NCBI GenBank assembly: GCA_038087875.1
Contig: CM075989.1
Coordinates: 23,252,001-23,316,000 of the forward strand
Origin: Malacoraja senta
Lineage: Eukaryota
Length of the DNA: 64,000 bases
Reading direction: 5' to 3'
Position 1 is the first letter of the stretch. Each line of letters opens with the position of its first letter. Of the stretch, positions 41,380 to 54,248 are shown piece by piece. The notes beneath the pieces were generated by a model, which saw only the letters and a program-made list of their open reading frames with translations, ran no database searches and was not told the origin of the DNA. Made by a program: the position numbers and the translations under genes.

Positions 41380-41697
41380 ATTTAGTTTAGTTTAGTTTAG
41401 AGATACAGCGCGGAAACAGACCTCTTTGGCCCACCGGGTTCACACTGACCAGCGATCCCCGCACATTAACACTATCCTACACTAGGGACAATTTACACAT
41501 ACACCAAGCCAATTAACCTACAAACCTGTACGTCTTTGGAGTGTGGGAGGAAACCGAAGATCTTGGAGAAAACCCACGCAGGTCACGGGGAGAACGTACA
41601 AACTCCGTACAGACAGCACCCGTAGTCGGGATCCAACCCGGATCTCTGGTGCTTAATTCGCTGTAAGGCAGCAGCTCTACCGCTGCACCACCGTGCC
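41380..41697 (-). mobile_element. HE1-type V-SINE, full length
   Basis: tRNA head, V core and CR1 tail. Confidence 0.88.
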
Positions 41698-42489
41698 GAC
41701 CCTGTTGCCTGACCCGCTGAGTTACTCCAGCATTTTGTGTTGTTCACCATCAAGGGAACACAAGGGAAGAAGAGAAAGGATTGGGAGGAAATGTTATAGG
41801 AGCAGAATTAGGCCATTCGGACCATCGAGTCTACTCTGCCGTTCAATCATGGCTGACGTATCGTTCCCTCTCAACCCCATCCTCATGCCCTCATCCCAGA
41901 ACCCCTGACACCCGTTGATAGAGCTGCTGATAGTGAGATTAAATTGGATGATAGTAGGCTTGGGCTGAGCAATAAATTAGTGGTGTGGACCTATTGACCC
42001 AAGCAAGAAGAAGCAATAAATGTACAGATCATTGAGGCTCTAGATGAATAGCAGGACACATTTAAAAGACTGAATGGTCTATTCCCATCTCTCTGTATCT
42101 GTGCTGTAAATTCTCTGTAAACTTACATAACGTTTTAGATCAGATAATATGTTATCTTCTCTAGACCACAATGAGCAAGCAACCGGCTGTGTTACACAGT
42201 TTAAATCATGTTGATCTATAAAAGGAGTGTGTCTGTCCATACAGATACCATTCCATCCACTTATGTTACAATCTGGCTCGGGATAGTAAAGGCTTCCCAT
42301 CAATATGAACAGCTTGTTAAAATGAAACCGCATTTACACTTAGACATATTTTTCAAACCATCTTTTCACACTTTCATGCTAGTGACGTTGTTATTTGTGC
42401 ATCCTTGTCGGAATATGTGAACTGTGAAAACACTTGCCAGATAAATCAGGTTCATTAGAGGAGAAAGTGGAGAGAAATTGTGAATCTGA

Positions 42490-42798
42490 TGGGCCTGTCC
42501 CACTTGGGCGATTTTTTAGGCAACTACAGGCGACTAGTTTGTTGCCACATGTTCGCCGGTGGTCGCCCGGGAGTCGTCTCCTCAGTCGCGCAAAAAGTCG
42601 TAGCGTCTTTCTGGTCGCTGCTATTTTTTGGTGACAGTGGGTTTGACGCCAATGAGCGTAGCTTGACTTCTCCTGACGTAGGTGCTGTCGTAGGTTGTCG
42701 CCAGGATGACGTAGGTTGTCGCCAGTTTTTCGGCAACCTGCTACGGCTATGACAGTCGCCGGCAGTTGCCTAAAAAATCACCAAGTGGGACAGGCCCA
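42490..42798. mobile_element. Harbinger-like MITE
   Basis: Long TIRs tgggcctgtcccacttg... / ...caagtgggacaggccca. Flanks tga and tta. Confidence 0.78.
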
Positions 42799-44183
42799 TT
42801 ATTGTAAGTCTTAGAAAGAAAATCCAGAGACTGAGATTTACACGTAGAAACAAAGAACTGCAGATGCTGGTTTACACAAAAGGACACTAAATGCTGCACT
42901 AACAGTGGGTCAGGCAGCATCTCTGGAGAACATGGATGGGTGACATTTCAGGTCGAGACCCTTCTTCACACCCTTCTTCAAACATGCGAGTCTGAAGAAG
43001 GATCTTGACCCAAAACGTCACCTATCCATGTTCTCCAGAGATAGACACAAAATGCTGGAGTAACTCAGCGGGACAGGCAGCATCTCTGGAGAGAAGGAAT
43101 GGATGTTTCAGGTCGAGACCCTTCTTCAGACTCAAATCTGAAGAATGGATAGGTGATGTTTTGTGTTGGGACCCTTCTTCAGACTGAAGGTCCTGGCCCA
43201 AAACATCACCAATCCATTTTCTGCAGACTCCTCCTGATATGCTGCTGCCTGACCTGCTGATTAACTCCAGCACCTTGTGTCATACTGACATTTACATTGG
43301 AGGGCTGTTGATGAATCCTTTTGTGGGATTAATGTAGGGAAGCTCACCAGATAACTTGTACATACCTCCGTGAGAGAAATAGTTTACCTTAAAATAACTA
43401 TCACAGGAAAGGGGCAGTGCTTAACAGCGTTGGTGTTGTGTGGAGTTTAGTGTAGTGTAGTTTAGCGTAGTGAAGTTTATTGTCACGTGTACCGAGGTAG
43501 TGTGTGACTGGTGGGTTTTCCTCTGGTTTCTTCCCACAAGCCAAACACATATGAGCAGGTAGGTCAAACGGCCACTGTAAGTTGTCCCTTGTACGTGAGT
43601 GTAGTGTGAGTGGTATTCAGTGCCAGCATGATGATGATTTGAAGAATATTTGACAAGTTGGGGAAATTAAAATAGACCTGGTGCACATGTGTGCTTGATC
43701 GTCAGTGGGGACTCAGTGGGCCAAGGCGCTTGTTCTTGTGCTCTTTGATTCTATGACTTATCATTGATATTCCAAGCTGCTGAGTAAAGCAACCTGCAAT
43801 TCCACGCAAGGCTTGTTCGAAAAAGTAAAGACTGGGCTTTCTCAACGTGCATTTAATGACTTGGTATTGGACATAAATGCTCCTGTTTTAGTTTTGCACG
43901 TAACTTTTGGTGGTACAGAGGCACAGCGGTAGAGTTGCCTCACAACCCTTGCAGAGCCTGAGACTCGCATTCCATCCTAACTACGGGTGCTGTCTGTACA
44001 TAGTTTGTACGTTCTCCCCGTGAACTGCGTGGGTTTTCCCCGAGATCTTTGGTTTCCTCCCACACACCAAAGATGCACAGGTTTGTAGGTAAATTGGCTT
44101 GGTAAATGTAACAAAATTGTCCCTCGTGTGTGTAAGATTATGTTAATGTGCAGGGATCACTGGTCGGCTTGGACCCGGTAGGT

Positions 44184-44211
44184 CTGAAGAAGGGTCTCGA
44201 CCCGAAACGTC
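44184..44211 (+). ncRNA. Minimal type I hammerhead ribozyme core (best-preserved copy)
   Basis: ggu-CUGAAGA-A-GGGU-CUCG-ACCC-GAAA-CGUC-acc. Perfect stem II and a 3-bp stem I (ggu/acc). Confidence 0.62.
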
Positions 44212-44339
44212 ACCCATTCCTTCCCTCCAGAGAAGCTGCCTGACCCCCCGAGTTACTCCAGCACTTTGTGTCTATCTTCGGTGTAAACCAGCATCTGCAG
44301 TTCCTTCCTACACAACTCTACCGCTGCACTGCCGTGCCA

Positions 44340-45669
44340 CCCCTTCTCGGGGAGTAGTGTCATGTTGACAGTTCACATTGGCTCGAGTGCCTCGTTAACC
44401 AAGTCTGCGATCGTCACTTCGCTCTCCGCTGCCCGGCTTCACCATTTATGAAATGTTTAAGGACACATCACTACATTCAAGGCCCTACATAGATGCAGAC
44501 TGCCGCTCGCTTCCCAATGAAGCCACAGAACTTCCCAATGTATCCTCCGTCCAAGGACACATCGTCACATTTGTCTCTCTACGGCGGCAGATTGAAATTC
44601 TTCGGTTTTGTGATCCATTGTAATTATTTCATAATCGTGACCGATTATAATTTTACTGACCTAACTAAGATGCCAACTTGTTCTCATGCATGTTTGTCAA
44701 TTATCGACCATGTGACCACTCTATCAGGTACATGGACACTACACATCGCTTGACCCATGGACAATCTGTCCAAATACTGGAGCGTATTTAGCCAAGTACA
44801 TGGGCACCCAGCCTGCTGTTGTCATTGTTGACAAATGCAAGAACGTACCACATAATAACTAGTCCGCCTAACTTTGTTTCTTTTTCAACCATATACACAC
44901 AAAAAGTCCTGTCAGACTAGAAATAAATCACTCGTACAATTTTCGAGTGACCTTTCTCTTGAAATCGCAGCCTTATCTTTTTGACAAATTTCTCCACCGT
45001 CTGGAAAGATATGTTACAATTGTTACTTGAACATGAGAAATGTACTCTGGTGCTGAAGGAGCTCATCGGCAGCGAGTCATCAGTCGGTCCACGTCACATA
45101 AAAGTGGATTTTGAGTGGATTTCCTACATTTGGCAATGTTGTCAAGAGGATACTGGTTGAGACAGTCCACACAGTCCCCAATAACTGCAGTGAAATGACT
45201 TAATGCTACAAGCGATGTTTGGTTATCTCTCGTACAATCAATACAGGTAGTCTAGCCACTTCCACCGACTCCTAGTGTGACCTGTGAATACCTGCTCCAG
45301 TTCATTTGGCACAGGGCATTGCTTAATTTCCACTCTCACAAGTCTTGCAATTACTCACCACCCCACCAAAAAATACCCAAAAAAAGCCAAAGTGATGGTG
45401 AGCCCAAGTTGGGGAAGGTTGTGACTCATGCGCTGCTCCATGCAGTTTGGCCGGCGACAACAGACACACACGTTCACTGAAGCATGACCGGGACATTAGT
45501 AACCATCCATGCTTGTGGTTAGCATACTGAAGGGGTAGACTAAATGGCACAGTACAAATGTTTCTGTCGTTCAAGCTGCCGAGCCTTGTGCTTGCCAATT
45601 CTCTGCGGTTGGTCCCTTTTCTCAAGGCTACGTTGGCATGTGTGCTACCTCAGCCTGGCCCGTGATACC
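44340..45669 (-). other. SEMA4B: Proximal 3' UTR of SEMA4B (3' end unresolved)
   Basis: Unique, repeat-free sequence directly after the stop codon. No canonical poly(A) hexamer seen in this interval. Confidence 0.6.
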
Positions 45670-46472
45670 TCACACCACCGAGTCTTTGATCTCAGGCCCG
45701 ATTCTCACCCGCGGCTGCAGGCAGTGTGCCGATATCTCCACGTACAGGTTTTTTTGGTTGGTTTGGTTGTTTGGGGTCTGGGTGTAGCCAGGGTCCTTGG
45801 CGCCAACTGTGTTTACCAGCACTGGCGTGCTGCAGATGTGTTTGTCATTCAGGCTCTGGTAACCTTTGTGGTGGTCGGAGGCCGCCACCTGCACCGGGTT
45901 TCCGTTTAGCGGGAGGCTTTCGTGTTGGGACTCAATCTTCCTGGGCTTCTTCTGCGGCACGTTGGAACACTCGCCATCCTTGATCAGCGACTTCATCCTG
46001 TCCTTGTTGCGGTACAAGAAGACCAGCGAGGCGACGGCGACCGTCAGCCCAAAGACCACGCTCACGGTGACAAACTCCGTCCAGTAGCTCTTGCCGTTGG
46101 TGTGTTGGGAAAAACGGCTCTCGCTGCTGAGTGGGTTGATCACGATCCCGTTGTCTTGCAGCCCGGAGCCTCGGCTCAAAACCGCGATGGACTTCCTCGA
46201 TGTGCGCAAGGTGGTGGTTTCGGCCGAGAGGTCCCAACTCACGCAGTAGTTGGCGACCAGCAGCCTGAAGTCTTGTTCGATGGCCCAGCACTCGAATACT
46301 CCCAGTGGCTCCGCCGTAGCGATAATCCCGCCGTCCGGCAGCACCAGGGAGCCGGTGTCGGCCGCTACCCCGTTGTGCACCCAACTCCTCACGGCAAAGT
46401 TCGACTGCACACTGCACGGCAACACCTTAAATTTGTTGGCTGGCACGGTGACCATCACACAGGCGATGGGTC
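45670..46472 (-). CDS. SEMA4B: Semaphorin-4B terminal coding exon: Ig-like region, TM helix, cytoplasmic tail ending RVRIGPEIKDSVV*
   Basis: Acceptor ctctttccgacag, then an open frame to TGA. TM segment YWTEFVTVSVVFGLTVAVASLVFLY. The C-terminus resembles the SEMA4B PDZ-binding end (EIRDSVV in human). Confidence 0.96.
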
Positions 46473-46664
46473 CTGTCGGAAAGAGACACGGAATTAAAGA
46501 TACATCATAAAGCTCTTGCCACCGGCGTAGACGTAGAAGGGCTTATAAACAGCTCAATATTCTCTCCATTTAATGCACCTCAAAAGTGCCGACTGTGAGG
46601 TCCATTTGGATGCAACACAGCCATGAAATGCACCTTAAATTATTAAATCATCACCACAACATTA

Positions 46665-47075
46665 ACGGTTAACGTATGATGAGCATTTGAAGGCACTAGG
46701 CCTCGACTCGCTGGAGTTTAGTAGGATGAGGGGGGGGAATCTCATTGAAACGTACTGAATAGTGAAAGGCCTGGATAGAGGGGATGTGGAGATGTTCCCA
46801 CTAGTGGGAGAGTCTAGGACCAGAGGGCACAGCCTCAGAATAAGGAGGAATTTCTGTAGCCAGAGGATGGTGAATCTGGGGAATGGGTCAATTTCAATAC
46901 CCAAGTCAATGGGTATTTTTAAAGCGGAGGTTGATAGGCACTTGATTAGTAAGGGTGTCAAAGGTTACGGTGAGAAGGCAGGAGAATGGGGTTGTGATAG
47001 ATCAGCCATGATGGAACGGTAGACTTGATTGGATGGGCTGAATGGCCTAATTCCCCTCCTATGTAGTCTTATGGT
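46665..47075 (+). mobile_element. CR1 LINE 3' end in the last SEMA4B intron
   Basis: Peptide KGLDRGDVEMFPLVGESRTRGHSLRI plus UTR. Confidence 0.85.
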
Positions 47076-47506
47076 CCTATTGGTAATGGGGAGATGATGA
47101 CAGCAGATCTTGAGATCTTGGAACAACTCAGTGGGTCAAGCAGCATCTGAGGAGGGAATGAATAGGCAATGTTTCAGGTCGGGAAACCGCTTCAGAGATT
47201 CGTGAATAATTTGGTACCTAGCATGAAACCCACTGATGTGTGGTTCAGTGCAAAGAATATTCTAAACTGTGTCTTCAAACTCGATTTACTTCATTCCCAC
47301 GGGACCTTTCTGGCAGAGATCTGATGTGGGCATGAAAATGGAATTTACACTTTTCACCGCTCGATACAGAATAAGTAAACAAAAGGCCCTATAACTCAAA
47401 GCAATGCTGATCTTACAACAAATCTTTTTTGCTGGATATATACAGTTGCACAAAAATAAAACTTGAAGGTGAAGGTTATTTTGCACATTACTGAATGAAT
47501 ACTTTA

Positions 47507-47643
47507 TGAATGAATGAATGAATGAATGAATGAATGAATGAATGAATGAATGAATGAATGAAAGAATGAATGAATGAAAGAATGAAAGAATGAATGAAAG
47601 GATGAATGAAAGGATGAATGAATGAAAGAATGAAAGAATGAAT
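47507..47643 (+). repeat. (GAAT)n microsatellite adjoining a LINE-like tail
   Basis: Direct tandem run followed by tttattgtcacatg. Confidence 0.95.
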
Positions 47644-48999
47644 ACTTTATTGTCACATGTGACAAGTCAGGGTGATATTCTTTTTTTTGCGTTCACAAGG
47701 TATGCAAAGAGTGGCCACATAAAGGGCTCTGACAAAGTTACAAAGTATGCACGTGTATAGATGTGGGCGGTACGCCTTTTGCCACCCAGTGTACATGGAC
47801 AATGGCGGAGAGTCATTGCAAGATGGTCATTGCACCTCACAGAAGCATTACTAGGCAATAAATGACCTCTGCACGAGACCAAAAGCTAAGACAAATTAAT
47901 GCGCTTTACGCATCAGTGGAAGGAAGAGAGGGGGCAGAGGAATGTGGGAGAGAATTCTTCAGTCAGGGGCTGAAGAGCTGAAATTATATCAATCATTGAT
48001 GAAGACAAGGTGAAAGAAAGGTGTAAAGAGAGGTCCATGTTGGAGCAGCAGGGAGACCCTGGAGTATTATAGGGTGGAAGTTTAGTTTAGAGATACAGCG
48101 TGGGAACAGGTCCTTTGGCCCAGCGAATCCACGCCGACCAGTGATCACCTGTTCTATCCTACACACTGGGGACAAACTCCAGAGGCCAATTAACCTACAA
48201 ACATGCACGTCTTTGGACCGTGTGAGGAAACCGGAGCACCCGAAGAAAACCCACGCGGTCACAGGGAGAACGTGCAAACTCCGTACAGACAGCACCCACA
48301 GTCAGGATTGAACCCAGGCCTCTGGCGCCCTAAAGCAGCAACTCTACCGCAGCGCCACTTTGCTGCTCAGTGGTGGACTGGAGCAATGACGTGGAGGGAT
48401 TTGAGGATGAGGATTTTAACATTCATCGACTGGTGGACCAGCAGATGTCACAGAAGCGCAATCAGGAAGGGTGGAGCCCACAATGGCCCATTGTTGATGG
48501 GGAAGGAAGGTGTGATAACAAAGTGGATACACGAGCAGTGGAACTGGTAGGATGACTAGTGGGCGGGGGGGAGGGGAGAGGAGAGAGGGGGGAGGGGAGG
48601 GGAGGGGAGAGGGGAGAGAATGCAGGAATTACTTGAAATGAAACAAAATCAATGTTCATACCGCTGGGGTGCCAACTCATCGCTGTGCTGAGCATGCAGT
48701 CGCTCAAACAGTTACAAGTCGACATGACCAAACATAAATAACCATCAGATCGACACAAAACGCTGGAGTAACTCAGCGGGACGTTTTGGATCAAGACTCT
48801 TCTTCAGACTGCTGACCCTTCTTCCAGTCTGAAGAAGGGTCTAGACCCGAAACGTCACCCATTCCTTCTCTCCAGAGATGCTGCCAGTCCCGCTGAGTTA
48901 CTCCAGCATTCTGTGACTATCTTCAGTTCAAACCAGCATCTGCGGTTCCTTCCTACATAAGTAACGACCATCTGGAGCTGAAGTGTGAGGAGTACTTAC

Positions 49000-49094
49000 G
49001 GTGTGGCTGCCTGGTCCTGGGGCCCAGTGGTGAATCAGACAGCTGTCGGCAGTGTTGGCCTGGCCTCCCGTTCTCAATGTCCTGTTTCCAAAGT
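49000..49094 (-). CDS. SEMA4B: Semaphorin-4B coding exon, LWKQDIENGRPGQHCRQLSDSPLGPRTRQPH
   Basis: Acceptor ttgttcatag and donor C|gtaagt. Length 95 nt, phase 2 to phase 1, fitting both neighbours. Has the W.QDI motif of class-4 semaphorins. Confidence 0.93.
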
Positions 49095-50115
49095 CTATGA
49101 ACAAAACATTCCGCGTAAGTACGGCATTAGGGACGGGGGGCAGTGACTTAGACTGTAGGCTTTAGACATACCGTGCGGAATCAGGCCCTTTGGCCCACCG
49201 AGTCCGCGCCGACCAGCGATCCCCACATACTAACACTATCCTACACACGCTAGCATAACATTTACAATGTTACCAAAACCAATAAACCTACAAACCCGCA
49301 CGTCTTTGTAGTGTGGGAGGAAACCAGAGCACCCGGAGAAAACCCACGCAGGTCACGGGGAGAACGTACAAACTCCGTATAAACAGCACCCGTAGTAAGT
49401 ATTGCACCCGGGCCTCTGGCGCTGTGAGGCAGCAACGCTACCGCTGCGCCACCGTGCCGCTCAGAGGTATACAGGAGCAAGAACGTGGAGGGTTTTGAAC
49501 ATGAGGAAGGGGAATTTAGCTTTCATTGACAGCAGGACTGGAAGTACAATCAAAGGACGTTTGAGTTTGAGACGTCAGAGATCAGTGTGGAGTGACTATG
49601 CATTGAACAATGACAAACAGATTTTAAGAAAGAGCTTAAAGAAGGAGCAACCTAACCATTTAACCCATTTAAATCAGTGCATGGATAAACAGCTGCCTGC
49701 GTTTGGCCCATATCCCTCTAAACTTTTCCTATCCATGGACCTGTCCAAATGTCTTTTAAATGTTGTGATAGTGCCTGCCTCAACTACCTCCTCTGGCAGC
49801 TCGTTCCATACACCTACCACCCTCTGAGTGAAGAAGTTATTCTTCAAGATGCTCTTTGAGTGAAGAGTGCTCAATATTTCCAATATTTCAAATTAGAAAC
49901 ATAGAAAATAGGTGCAGGAGGAGGCCATTCGGCCCTTCGAGCCAATATGATCATGGCTGATCATCAAAAATCAGTACCCCGTTCCGGCTTTTTCTCCACA
50001 TCCCTTGATTCCATTAGGCCTAAGAGCTAAATCTAACTCTCTCTTGAAAACATCCAGTGAATTGGCCTCCACTGCCTTCTGTGGCAGAGTTACGTCTTTG
50101 CTTTCCAACACCGCA

Positions 50116-50417
50116 CCATCAACGAGCTCTTTTACACAAGCATAGAATGAGGTCAGTTAGAGATTAATTGCACCAGCAGAAAGTATTTTCAGAACAGATG
50201 GAGTCTGCAGGTTTCCGGAGGTTAGAAAATCCAATTGTTTAGGAAGATCAGCTGCCGCAGTCCAGAGTCACGGGATATCTTCAATTCCTCAAGACGTTTC
50301 TCAAAGTAATGCGTACCTTTTCTCTGGTACCCTTCATCAGACTGCTGTTAATTAATTAGGCACCAATTAATCTCTAACTGACCTCATTTTGCGCTTGTTT
50401 AAAGAGCTTATTGATGG
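50116..50417. repeat. ~55-bp inverted repeat pair, probable MITE remnant
   Basis: ccatcaacgagctc...gaggtcagttagagattaattg pairs with caattaatctctaactgacctc...gagcttattgatgg. Confidence 0.7.
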
Positions 50418-51443
50418 CAGTCTGAAGGGCTCGACCCGAAACATCACCTACTCCTTTTCTACAGAGATGCTGCCTGACCCACTGAGTTACTCCAGCACTT
50501 TTGTTGGTGTAAACTAGCACCTGCAGTTCCTTCCTACACATAAAGTAACTTTATTTGGACAGAGTCCAGAAAATGAGAATTTAGAATTTTCTAAACTGGT
50601 TTTTTGAAATTGAAATATGTTTCAGATTATTTCACTTGAGTATAATCCAACTAAATGTTACAGATGAGTCTGAAGAAGGGATTCGGCCCGAAACGTTGCC
50701 TATTTCCTTCGCTCTATAGATGCTGCTGCACCCGCTGAGTTTCTCCAGCACTTTTGTCTACCTTAAATGTTACAGATGATGGGGGACAACTTTTAAGGAG
50801 CATGAGAGGAGAGGAGGGAGAGGATTAGGGATGAACCTTTAAACTAAACTTTGATTAATTTCAAAGTATTTCAGTGTAAACCAGCATCTGCATTTTGTCC
50901 GATTTTACCTATCCATTTTCACTGTCTGTTTGGCATCCACCAGCATATTCCACCTAGTTTTCCAGTCAATATCATGACCAACGGTGGTGAATCTGTGGAA
51001 TTCTTGGCCACAGACAGCTGTGGAGGCCAAGTACATGGATATTTTTTTGGTGGAGCTTGATAAGATTCTTGATTAGTACAGATGTCAGGGGTTATGGGGA
51101 GAAGGCAGGAGAATGGGGTTAGGAGGGAGATATAGATCAGCCATGATTGAATGGCGGAGTAGACTTGATGGGCCGAATGGCCTCATTCTACTCCTAGAAC
51201 CTATGAACTCCTTGTCGCTGAAACCCACTAATCCAGACATTCATTGTACAATGCAGTCAATCAGTGTTAAACATATACAGTCAAAAATTTCAGACATTAG
51301 GAAATGTGGAGAGACCAGAGTACAGTTTCATGTTACAATGATAGACTTGATGGGCCGAATGGCCTAATTCTGCGCCAATATCTTATGACCTTCTGAACGC
51401 CCCTCCGTCAGAGATTGGGATGGTTTGCGGTGGAGCTACTTAC

Positions 51444-51601
51444 GGGTCTATGGGCAGTCCCCGTATGTCTCTGCATTTGTTCCTGTCCCAGGCACAGTGA
51501 GGGTCCCGGGCCAGAATACACTCGCCACAGCTGTGGTAGACGCTGCAATTGGAGACAGGCAGCTGCACCACTCCAGAGTACGAACTGGCGTATAACATGC
51601 C
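51444..51601 (-). CDS. SEMA4B: Semaphorin-4B coding exon (end of Sema plus PSI domain), [53 protein letters not shown]
   Basis: Acceptor ctccacag and donor CC|gtaagt. Length 158 nt. Has the PSI cysteine pattern C..Y.SC..C.LARDP.CAW. Confidence 0.96.
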
Positions 51602-52874
51602 CTGTGGAGTGACAACAACATGCAGTTATAGAGTGATACAGCATGGAAACCGGCCCTTTGGCCCGTCTTGCCCACACCGCCCATCGACACTAGTTCCACT
51701 TGCCTGCGTTTGGCCCATATCCCTCTGAACCCGTCCTATCCATGTGCCTGTCCAAATGTTACTTAAAAGTTGCCTCAACTACCTCCGCTGGCAGCTCGTT
51801 CTATACACCTAACACCCTTTGCATGAAAAGGTTACCCCTCGGGTTCCTATTAAATCTATCCATGCTCACCTTAAACCTATGTCCTCTGGTTCTCGATTCC
51901 CCTACTCTGGGCAGGAGACCCTCGCTTGCTTCCCAAACACAGACTGGTGAACCGAGCTCATGATCATTCATAACATCATAGAGTGATGGCAGAGAGAATA
52001 GAGAATTATGCGAGGAAACTGGACCGCCCGGTGAAAACCCACGCAGGTCACAGGGAGAACGCACAAACTCCGTACAGACAGCACCCGTAGTCAGGATCGA
52101 ACCCGGGTCTCTGGCGCTGTGAGACAGCAGCTCTACCGCCGCGCCACCCTGCCACTAAGACTCTTAGAAAGACAACACACAGGAGCGCCTTGTGTCCATG
52201 CCACACTATACTGTCATCCTGCTAAGTAGCATAAAGACAGTTGTATAGCAGATGAGAAGGGTTGATGCTGCAGCCAGCTATGCCAGCAATCATATCCCTC
52301 CTGTTGCCTGACATATTAACAGTAAGGTGTGAGTTCAGTTACCGAAACAGCAATCTAAAATTTCTCTCTCCGACATTAATATAGTTTTATACAGCGTAGA
52401 AACAGGCCCACTGAGTCCATGCTGACCAACAATCACCCATATACTAGTTCTAAGTTTATTCCAGTTTTGCATCCTGCACACTCGGGACAACTTACAAAGA
52501 GCTAATTAACCTATCGGAGCACCCGGAGAAATGCCACGTGGTCACAGGGAGAACGGGCAAACTCCGCACAGACAGCACCCGCAGTCAGGATCAAACCGGG
52601 GTCTCTGGCGCTGCGAGGCTGCAGCTCTACCGCTGCGCCACGCTCCCCACTGCTCATCCCCACTCCTGTTTATTTAAACCACGGCTTCTGGTGGAAGAGC
52701 TTTGTAATTTTACCGTGATTGATAGTGGGGGGGGGAGAACGTTGAAATGAAACCAAATAGCTTTCCACAGAATGGGCAGTGTCGCGGCACTCATCACTAT
52801 GTTGCCCGAGATGCAACATAGTTTATTTATTTTCCTCGTGGGAAACAAAGAGACATCTTTAATAAAACCTCTAC

Positions 52875-52990
52875 CTGTTTTGAATCCAGAATCAGGTTCT
52901 GCACTGGCTGTGGTTCAGCAAACAAAGTAATCTCCTCTATAATGTGCACCTTATCATTCACGTTTATGGCTTTATGCAATATCCCAGTAT
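52875..52990 (-). CDS. SEMA4B: Semaphorin-4B coding exon, (D)TGILHKAINVNDKVHIIEEITLFAEPQPVQNLILDSKQ
   Basis: Acceptor ttgacag and donor CAG|gtagag. Length 116 nt, in phase with both neighbours. Carries the semaphorin LHKA...HIIEE...QPVQNL motif. Confidence 0.95.
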
Positions 52991-54074
52991 CTGTCAAGTA
53001 AACAAGAAATAATATCACCGTAAATATTTTAAGTGCAAAATTATAAAAAAGATCCAGAGGCAATATTTTCACACGTTTTAAATATATTTCATCTTAAATC
53101 TATGCAATGGGCACTTGTTATTAAGATGTCATGTTCCGGTGCGGATTTGACAACATCTGAGGACATCTCCCACGAGCGATCTTAAAAAGCCATCTTGAAA
53201 CATTAAACTATTTTCATCTGTTCAGCATTTTTAACCACATGACAAATTATTGAATTACTAGCCTGGAAAGGCAGGATTTTATTAAAAGTCGTCAATTAGT
53301 CCATAATTTGTGCAGACAGTGGCTATGACAATGACATTTACAGGGACTGCCCTCTTCTGTAAAGAGAATGAGGCATTTATATTTTTCACTTGGTTTCAGC
53401 ATCCAGCATTTAACATGGGGTGAAATTATTTAGCAAGTCCTAGTGTGATTATGGATGAAAACAAATCAGATATTTTTTTTTGTTTATTTTAGATTGGTTT
53501 AGAGATACAGCGTGGAAACAGGCCCCTCCACCCACCGAGTCCGCACCGACCAGCGATCACCCGTTCCCTAGTTCTATGTTATCACATTTCCTCACACACT
53601 CCCATCACACTAGGGGCAATTTACACAAGCCAATTAACCTACAAACCCGCACGTGTGCGGGAGGAAACCGGAGCACCCAGAGAAAACCCACGCAGGTCAC
53701 GGGGAGAACGTACAAACTCCGTACGGACAGCACCCGTAGTCAGGATCAAACCCGAGTTTCTGGCGCTGTGAGGCAGCAACTCTACCGCTGAGCCACACAA
53801 AGTGTCGCTTTGTTATTTTGTGCTCATTTGAACAGAGACTTCGTGATGAAAAGTAACGAAGGAAGTGCTTATCACCCATGGGTATTAAACCCGCGTTTCT
53901 GATATCATCCCCTCCCCTCCTTTTCACAGCAACTTAGGGCGGCGCGGTGGCGTGGCGGATGAATTGCTGCTTTACAGCGCCAGGGACCCAGGTTCGATTC
54001 TGACTACAGGTGCTGCCTGTCCCGCTTAGTTACTCCAGCACTTTGCGCCCTTTAGTGTAACTGGTGTTTGATGG

Positions 54075-54176
54075 GGGTCAGCACTGACTCGACGGTCAGC
54101 GGGACAGGCAGCATCTCTGGAGAGAAGGAATGGGTGACGTTTTGGTTCGAGACCCTTCTTCAGACTGAGAGTCAGG

Positions 54177-54248
<72 letters not shown>

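Noticed and set aside
45544..46497. Several overlapping ORFs around the SEMA4B last exon
   Set aside because: They are shadow frames of the GC-rich real exon.
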